Shown piece by piece: positions 59,317-64,000 of a DNA stretch of 64,000 bases. The stretch comes from a virus. Taxonomy: Duplodnaviria > Caudoviricetes. The translations under genes and the position numbers were made by a program. The DNA lies in the IMG/VR virus record IMGVR_UViG_3300025018_000136, positions 1 to 64,000 of that record; one strand, written 5' to 3'. The notes under the pieces are model-generated. The model made no database searches and was not told where the DNA came from. It worked only from the letters and a program-made list of their open reading frames with translations. Position 1 is the first letter of the stretch. Each line of letters starts with the position of its first letter.

Positions 59317-59624
59317 TTTTCATCAAGTCTGTCATAATTTTCGTGCGGTATCAAGACAGCGATTCTATCATGTAATTCTTTTATTACTGGTTTCTTTAAC
59401 CATTTATTTCCGGTTAAATTGAACTTGTGAAGTAACACGTGTGCTAGGACAAGTTCATCCTGAGATAGGGACTCAACATCCATATCTTGTGTGATAAATA
59501 GGCCCGAAGCAGGCGGCCTGCCCACTCCGGACGGCGGTGATGTAGGTGAGACAAGCTCGGATTTCTCCGAACTAATCAGCATGTCAAGTTTATATAACAA
59601 TCTGTTGTAATTAGATGAATCCAT
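59313..59624 (-). CDS. Hypothetical protein
   Basis: Overlap-coupled ORF in the head module. Confidence 0.5.
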   Translation of the reverse strand: MDSSNYNRLLYKLDMLISSEKSELVSPTSPPSGVGRPPASGLFITQDMDVESLSQDELVLAHVLLHKFNLTGNKWLKKPVIKELHDRIAVLIPHENYDRLDEK

Positions 59625-60150
59625 TTTTACACATCATATCAAGACATTTATTTATATCTGACAAAATGTCTTTGTCTGAGAATCTAAACACGATATAATT
59701 ATTTTTTTCTAACCACATCGTTTGTTTTATATCTCGTTTTTTATCTTTTTCTCTATTATGCCAATATAATCCATCACATTCAATGATTGTGTTTGTTTCC
59801 GGTAGCCAAAAATCAGCAACCCCTAGCTTATAATGATATTGTTTTACGTAAAGTATACCTCTAAACAAAAGATTATTCTTCATTATTCTTTCTATAGATG
59901 TTTCTTTTGTTGGCATACGTCCTTCTTTCATTTGTTTTAATGTGGCCTCTCTGAGTTTTTGTTTTTGATATTCACTCATCTTTTTACCAGAACGGTAATT
60001 TGATATCTTCTTTCTAGTTTTTTCGTTTTGTGAATGACCACAATTGTTTCTCAATTTTTGTTTAGTACTTTCTGGCATACCATTAGCAAACTGTCTAAGC
60101 GCAGCCTCTCTTAACTTCCTTTTGGTTTCCTTCGAATGCGCACGTACCAT
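59611..60150 (-). CDS. Free-standing endonuclease (NUMOD3 + Vsr/DUF559-like)
   Basis: HSKETKRKLR repeats; ADFWLP...IIECDGLYWH. Confidence 0.8.
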   Translation of the reverse strand: MVRAHSKETKRKLREAALRQFANGMPESTKQKLRNNCGHSQNEKTRKKISNYRSGKKMSEYQKQKLREATLKQMKEGRMPTKETSIERIMKNNLLFRGILYVKQYHYKLGVADFWLPETNTIIECDGLYWHNREKDKKRDIKQTMWLEKNNYIVFRFSDKDILSDINKCLDMMCKNGFI

Positions 60151-60166
60151 TTTTAATCTTACTCAT

Positions 60167-62830
60167 TCATTTTGAGTTAGCCTTTACTTCGGAGAAAGTA
60201 CTAGTTTTCATTGCTTTCTTTTCTCCTTTTTGACTACCAGCTGGGCTATTTTCAGTAGCAGGATGCCAAGTTTGCATATCTGACTTCTTCATATCTGTCT
60301 GAATATCAGACGGTTTCTGAATAATTCCAGGTCCTTCCAAACCAATCATATTTCTTGCTTCTTCTCTACTGATAAGACCAGCTTGGAATAATTCCATCGC
60401 TGCTTGAGCTGTACCGGCTGCATCTTCTGCGATATCTTCAAATACCAACTTTGGAGGTTTAAACCCTGCAAGATAAGCATATTCTTTAAAGATTTTGTTC
60501 ATAAAATCTTCAATATATCGCTGGTTGCTTCTTATCAATGAATAAAAATGCCTTGTTAAAACTATTCCTTCTGCCCTGTTACTTCCTCCGTCTGACGCTC
60601 CAAGTAAAACTGATTTTGGAACACCAAAAGTAGCAACAACAGCATTCAAAAAATAGTCTGCATAATCGCTAAAATTCTGTTGGCCTGGAGATAACATTTC
60701 AAGTTTCATTCCATCAGGAATAAATACTTGCTCCTGCCCACTTATTCTTCCCAGCACTTGTCCCCACTGTGCAATTTGGTGCGGAGATTTTGTATTTGCA
60801 GTTCCAACAATAAGAGGGTTTGCTGTTTTAATAGCTGCCTCAGCTGCTGAAAACTCCATATTCATAAGTCTTACAATAGTATTGTATCCTGGTTGAATTG
60901 TACTTATTCCTGTAAATTCGTCTCCAAGAGTATTAAATCGTAAATGTTCAATATTTTCTTTAGGCACTATACGTTTTTGTTCTTTGCCTTCAGAATCAAT
61001 GTAGTACTGTGTGTAACTTTTTGGCTCTTTATCTGGGCCTAAAATTATCTTTCCGGTTTTATCATCTTTAGTAAATTCAAGAGTTAATGGGTGAACATGT
61101 TTTAATTTAAGAATCTTATTCTTTTTCTTGTTGTATATTTTCTCATCAAAACCATCACCAGCAATGTCTGTATTATGATGTAAAAGTCCACCAACACCAG
61201 CTACAAATCTATGATTTTCTGTAGCTATATCATAAACATAATCATCATAAAATTCTTTTCTAATTTCTTCAATAATGCCGTCTTGTTTTCTTTTTGTTAA
61301 ATAATCTAAATGATTATCTTTTAAAAATACAAATTCTGAATTTTCTAAATCATATATTTTCTGTCGTTCGTATTTTGATGGTATATTATTTAAACTACGA
61401 TAATATGAAATGGTTCTTCGTGGAATTTCTGTAATTAAAGAAATTTCATCATCTGATAATGATTCTTTTTTATCATACTCTGATTTCATAATTGAATTTA
61501 ATTGTTCTAATTTTCCATTGATGTGTTTATCTTCAAAAGAATCTCTAATTCTAATTAAATAAACGTTTTCTCTATTTTTGATAGTTGTTAACGAAATGCT
61601 TTTACCAAGCATTTTAACAATATATTCTATACCAGCAATCAATGAAAATGAATCTGTAGCGTAAGATGAATTCCTCCAAGATGTATATTTTGCGCCATCT
61701 CCGGCCCAATATCCTTCCATAAACGATTCCATAGTTGTTTTTGAAGAATTCAAAATTGATTGGGGAACTCTTTTAAATCTATTTGGTGTATAACATTTAT
61801 TTAAAAACCAATTAAACCATTCTTCATTTTTAATAGTTGAGAAAGAAACGTGTCCAATATCATTATACCAATATGTTTTTGCGTTTTTATCAATGTTTTC
61901 TTTTATAATTAATTCTGACTTTTCTAAAAATTTTCTGTTTTTATTAGTAATTTTCCACTGCTTACCCGTTTTATATGTGCCAGCAGTTCCATCTGCTACA
62001 AAAAACCCGCATAACCACGCCATATCATCAGATATTTCTTTCCAAATATCGTGATTAAGACTGTTATCTATAATATCTACCACATCTATATTAGTTCCAA
62101 TCTTTAAATCTTTAGAATGAACTTCGTTTCCATTAGACATTAATGAGTGGTCGTGTGTGACTTTAGCAAGACCTGTTCCTGTATTAATTTTATAAATATC
62201 TTCTTTTATTTTGTGTCTGAAAACATATTTAATTTTTTTCCAACCTTCATCTGTCATAACTTGTAAATCTCTAATTTCTTGTGTAGAATATCTTCCAATA
62301 TTTGACGAATCCTCTTTATCTTTATAAAGTTCTGACATTTCAATTATATCAATAGAATCATCTGGATATTTAATCAGTATAGGAGTATCTTTTGTCACGC
62401 TATTAACTGATAACTGCCAGAAGAAGTTATTTCCTCCACTATTCTCAATTAATTCTTCACAAGCTTTAATACCAATTTGGTCTTCTCCAAAAACTTTATA
62501 CCCTTTATAAATTAGTGTGTCTGCTCTAACATTAACTGCTCTAGCAACAAACTGATTTGTGAGATACAAATTAAGAAGTTGTTTGACTGTCTTTCTGACA
62601 TTATTATTCATAGAATTGCCAGATTCTTTTGATGTCTCACTTAAAGCTATTGCGCTTGGGTTAGTAAATGAAGCCTTAAGAGCATCATCGCTTTGTTTTT
62701 TAAGAATGTCCTTTGCAGCTGCCATCTGTTCTTTAGAAGCCTGAGCCGCAACATTTAGTTCTCTAACCAACCTTTCATCATCACCTTTAGAAAAAGGGTC
62801 AATATCTACCTTATCAATTTCATTAACCAT
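60167..62830 (-). CDS. Portal protein with an intein
   Basis: RAVNVRAD, DIAGDGF, HVHP, IEHLRF..GDEFTGIS, VATFGVPKSVL. Confidence 0.85.
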   Translation of the reverse strand: MVNEIDKVDIDPFSKGDDERLVRELNVAAQASKEQMAAAKDILKKQSDDALKASFTNPSAIALSETSKESGNSMNNNVRKTVKQLLNLYLTNQFVARAVNVRADTLIYKGYKVFGEDQIGIKACEELIENSGGNNFFWQLSVNSVTKDTPILIKYPDDSIDIIEMSELYKDKEDSSNIGRYSTQEIRDLQVMTDEGWKKIKYVFRHKIKEDIYKINTGTGLAKVTHDHSLMSNGNEVHSKDLKIGTNIDVVDIIDNSLNHDIWKEISDDMAWLCGFFVADGTAGTYKTGKQWKITNKNRKFLEKSELIIKENIDKNAKTYWYNDIGHVSFSTIKNEEWFNWFLNKCYTPNRFKRVPQSILNSSKTTMESFMEGYWAGDGAKYTSWRNSSYATDSFSLIAGIEYIVKMLGKSISLTTIKNRENVYLIRIRDSFEDKHINGKLEQLNSIMKSEYDKKESLSDDEISLITEIPRRTISYYRSLNNIPSKYERQKIYDLENSEFVFLKDNHLDYLTKRKQDGIIEEIRKEFYDDYVYDIATENHRFVAGVGGLLHHNTDIAGDGFDEKIYNKKKNKILKLKHVHPLTLEFTKDDKTGKIILGPDKEPKSYTQYYIDSEGKEQKRIVPKENIEHLRFNTLGDEFTGISTIQPGYNTIVRLMNMEFSAAEAAIKTANPLIVGTANTKSPHQIAQWGQVLGRISGQEQVFIPDGMKLEMLSPGQQNFSDYADYFLNAVVATFGVPKSVLLGASDGGSNRAEGIVLTRHFYSLIRSNQRYIEDFMNKIFKEYAYLAGFKPPKLVFEDIAEDAAGTAQAAMELFQAGLISREEARNMIGLEGPGIIQKPSDIQTDMKKSDMQTWHPATENSPAGSQKGEKKAMKTSTFSEVKANSK
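61172..62401 (-). mobile_element. Portal intein (410 aa, Ser-initiated, Thr at +1, LAGLIDADG)
   Basis: SVN|SVTKDT...LHHN|TDIAG; GFFVADG and GYWAGDG motifs. Confidence 0.88.
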
Positions 62831-62892
62831 CTTATATGCCGCACATTTGTTTGATATAGTTTTTTAGAATTTTACTATATCATTTGATATAC

Positions 62893-62985
62893 ATTTATAT
62901 ATGACAGTTCTACTATTTAAATCTTTCGGTTTTAATGGTAAAAAAACAAACATTTATATAGTAGAAGTGACTATTATATAGTAAC
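62893..62985. promoter_or_regulatory. Back-to-back BRE/TATA promoters (portal operon versus rightward genes)
   Basis: Minus: aaaaccgaaagaTTTAAATAgtagaa; plus: aaacaaacaTTTATATAgtagaa. Confidence 0.65.
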
Positions 62986-63006
62986 AAGTACTTGGAGGTA
63001 CTAAAA

Positions 63007-63120
63007 ATGTTAAAAACAATAAAGATTAAGGGAGACACACATACAAGACTATTAGAGATTGGAAAAAAAGGAGAATCATTCGATACTCTGTTGAATAGGT
63101 TAATGGAAAATGTTAAGTAG
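63007..63120 (+). CDS. Small RHH/antitoxin-like DNA-binding protein, 37 aa
   Basis: KTIKIKGDTHTRL...GESFDTLLNRL; GGAGG RBS. Confidence 0.6.
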   Translation: MLKTIKIKGDTHTRLLEIGKKGESFDTLLNRLMENVK

Positions 63121-63523
63121 AAAATTCATAAAAAAGAAATGTTTTGTTTGTGGTGAAATATTTGATGCTAAAAATGAAGAACAATTGTTGTGTTCTATAG
63201 ATTGTTCAAAACAATTCAAATTACGTAGAAGCTACAAAGACTGCCATAGTTGCGGAACAACAAAAAATAATTCTGACAAATATTGTCAATCATGTAGAGG
63301 AATAACAAGAAATATTAGTAAACTACGATTTGAGATTCTGAAAAGATATAATTTTACATGCCAATATTGTGGAAGAAAAGTAAAAGATGTTATAAAACTG
63401 AATGTAGACCACATCATACCATATAGCATGGGTGGATTATCAACACCAAGTAATCTTATTACGTCTTGTTTTGATTGTAATATTGGAAAATCTAACAATT
63501 TGTTGGAAAATAAGATGAAATAA
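63110..63523 (+). CDS. HNH endonuclease with zinc fingers
   Basis: CQYCG...VDHIIP...GG...NLITSCFDCN. Confidence 0.85.
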   Translation: MLSRKFIKKKCFVCGEIFDAKNEEQLLCSIDCSKQFKLRRSYKDCHSCGTTKNNSDKYCQSCRGITRNISKLRFEILKRYNFTCQYCGRKVKDVIKLNVDHIIPYSMGGLSTPSNLITSCFDCNIGKSNNLLENKMK

Positions 63524-63652
63524 CCGAAAAGTTTATATATTAGAAGTTGCATTACTATAATATGAGCTTAAAGATGAACAAAACCAGGAGCGAAGTTCGC
63601 CCCTAGAACAAACAAAAGCTTTAAATATTAAAAGATACATAAGTGATATAAT
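63520..63652 (+). promoter_or_regulatory. Two tandem BRE/TATA-like promoters
   Basis: aaccgaaaagTTTATATAttagaa and aacaaaagcTTTAAATAttaaaa. Confidence 0.5.
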
Positions 63653-64000
63653 ATGGAAGGATTTTATTTATCATATCGAACTATTGATGCAAAAAGTAAT
63701 ACGTTGTTAAACCACTCTTTGTATGGTAGATTGGTATACAGAAATTACAAAGGTAAGCGTTACGCTTCTTATGTTTCTGGAATGTTGCATAATATTCCAT
63801 TTTCAAGAATAAAGAATTCTACTGTTTTTTTAAAAACTCTGGACGGTATAGATTTAGAAATGTTAAAAATCTTTGGTGATGCAACTATTGAACGTGGTTT
63901 TCTTGAAAAATGTGAATTTGAAACAGCAGAAGAACACTGGAAAAAAATAGTTAACGAAAAAGGCTTGGTGATGAAATATGGCAGAAACAAGAAAAGGTAA
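63653..64000 (+). CDS. Hypothetical protein
   Basis: 115 aa ORF about 30 nt after a TATA motif. Confidence 0.55.
   Translation: MEGFYLSYRTIDAKSNTLLNHSLYGRLVYRNYKGKRYASYVSGMLHNIPFSRIKNSTVFLKTLDGIDLEMLKIFGDATIERGFLEKCEFETAEEHWKKIVNEKGLVMKYGRNKKR

Noticed and set aside
1-64000. Many antisense and alternate-frame ORFs in the track (e.g. 779-1054, 2141-2557, 29196-29717, 43247-43570, 57275-58017)
   Set aside because: They lie opposite or within well-supported genes, have low-complexity F/S/I-rich translations, and lack an RBS or recognisable motifs
1-64000. CRISPR array, tRNA or rRNA genes
   Set aside because: No regularly spaced repeats or cloverleaf/T-loop signatures were seen; intergenic gaps are short. 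tRNAscan-SE would be needed to exclude tRNAs fully
1-64000. Stop-codon reassignment
   Set aside because: Conserved genes read through intact in the standard code, with dense TAA/TGA/TAG coupling to downstream starts

Overview
This window is most of the genome of a tailed archaeal dsDNA virus (Caudoviricetes, siphovirus-like). It has an HK97-type capsid module, tail tube, tape measure protein and a -1 frameshifted tail chaperone, and no sheath gene was seen. Archaeal BRE/TATA promoters, GGTGA-type ribosome binding sites, RadA, PCNA, RFC and an S-layer-like gene indicate an archaeal host; a DPANN (Woese-/Pacearchaeota-like) host is an inference from sequence resemblance. The + strand from 0.05 to 30.05 kb carries replication, recombination and nucleotide genes: MCM-like ATPase, RadA, PCNA, RFC, PolB, a degenerate PriS-PriL-like protein, class II RNR, PduO, IMPDH/GMPR, MazG, two MTase-fold proteins, two metallophosphoesterases and a resolvase. 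A separately promoted S-layer-like gene follows them. The - strand from 30.2 to 62.8 kb carries the virion module; no terminase was recognised in the window. Six inteins and five free-standing endonuclease genes or remnants are present. The most striking observations are the virus-encoded S-layer-like protein, a tail hub with five LamG domains apparently nested inside one another, three paralogous receptor-binding-like proteins, inteins at unusual sites, and apparent GATC avoidance. All product calls come from motif recognition by eye; no database searches were run.
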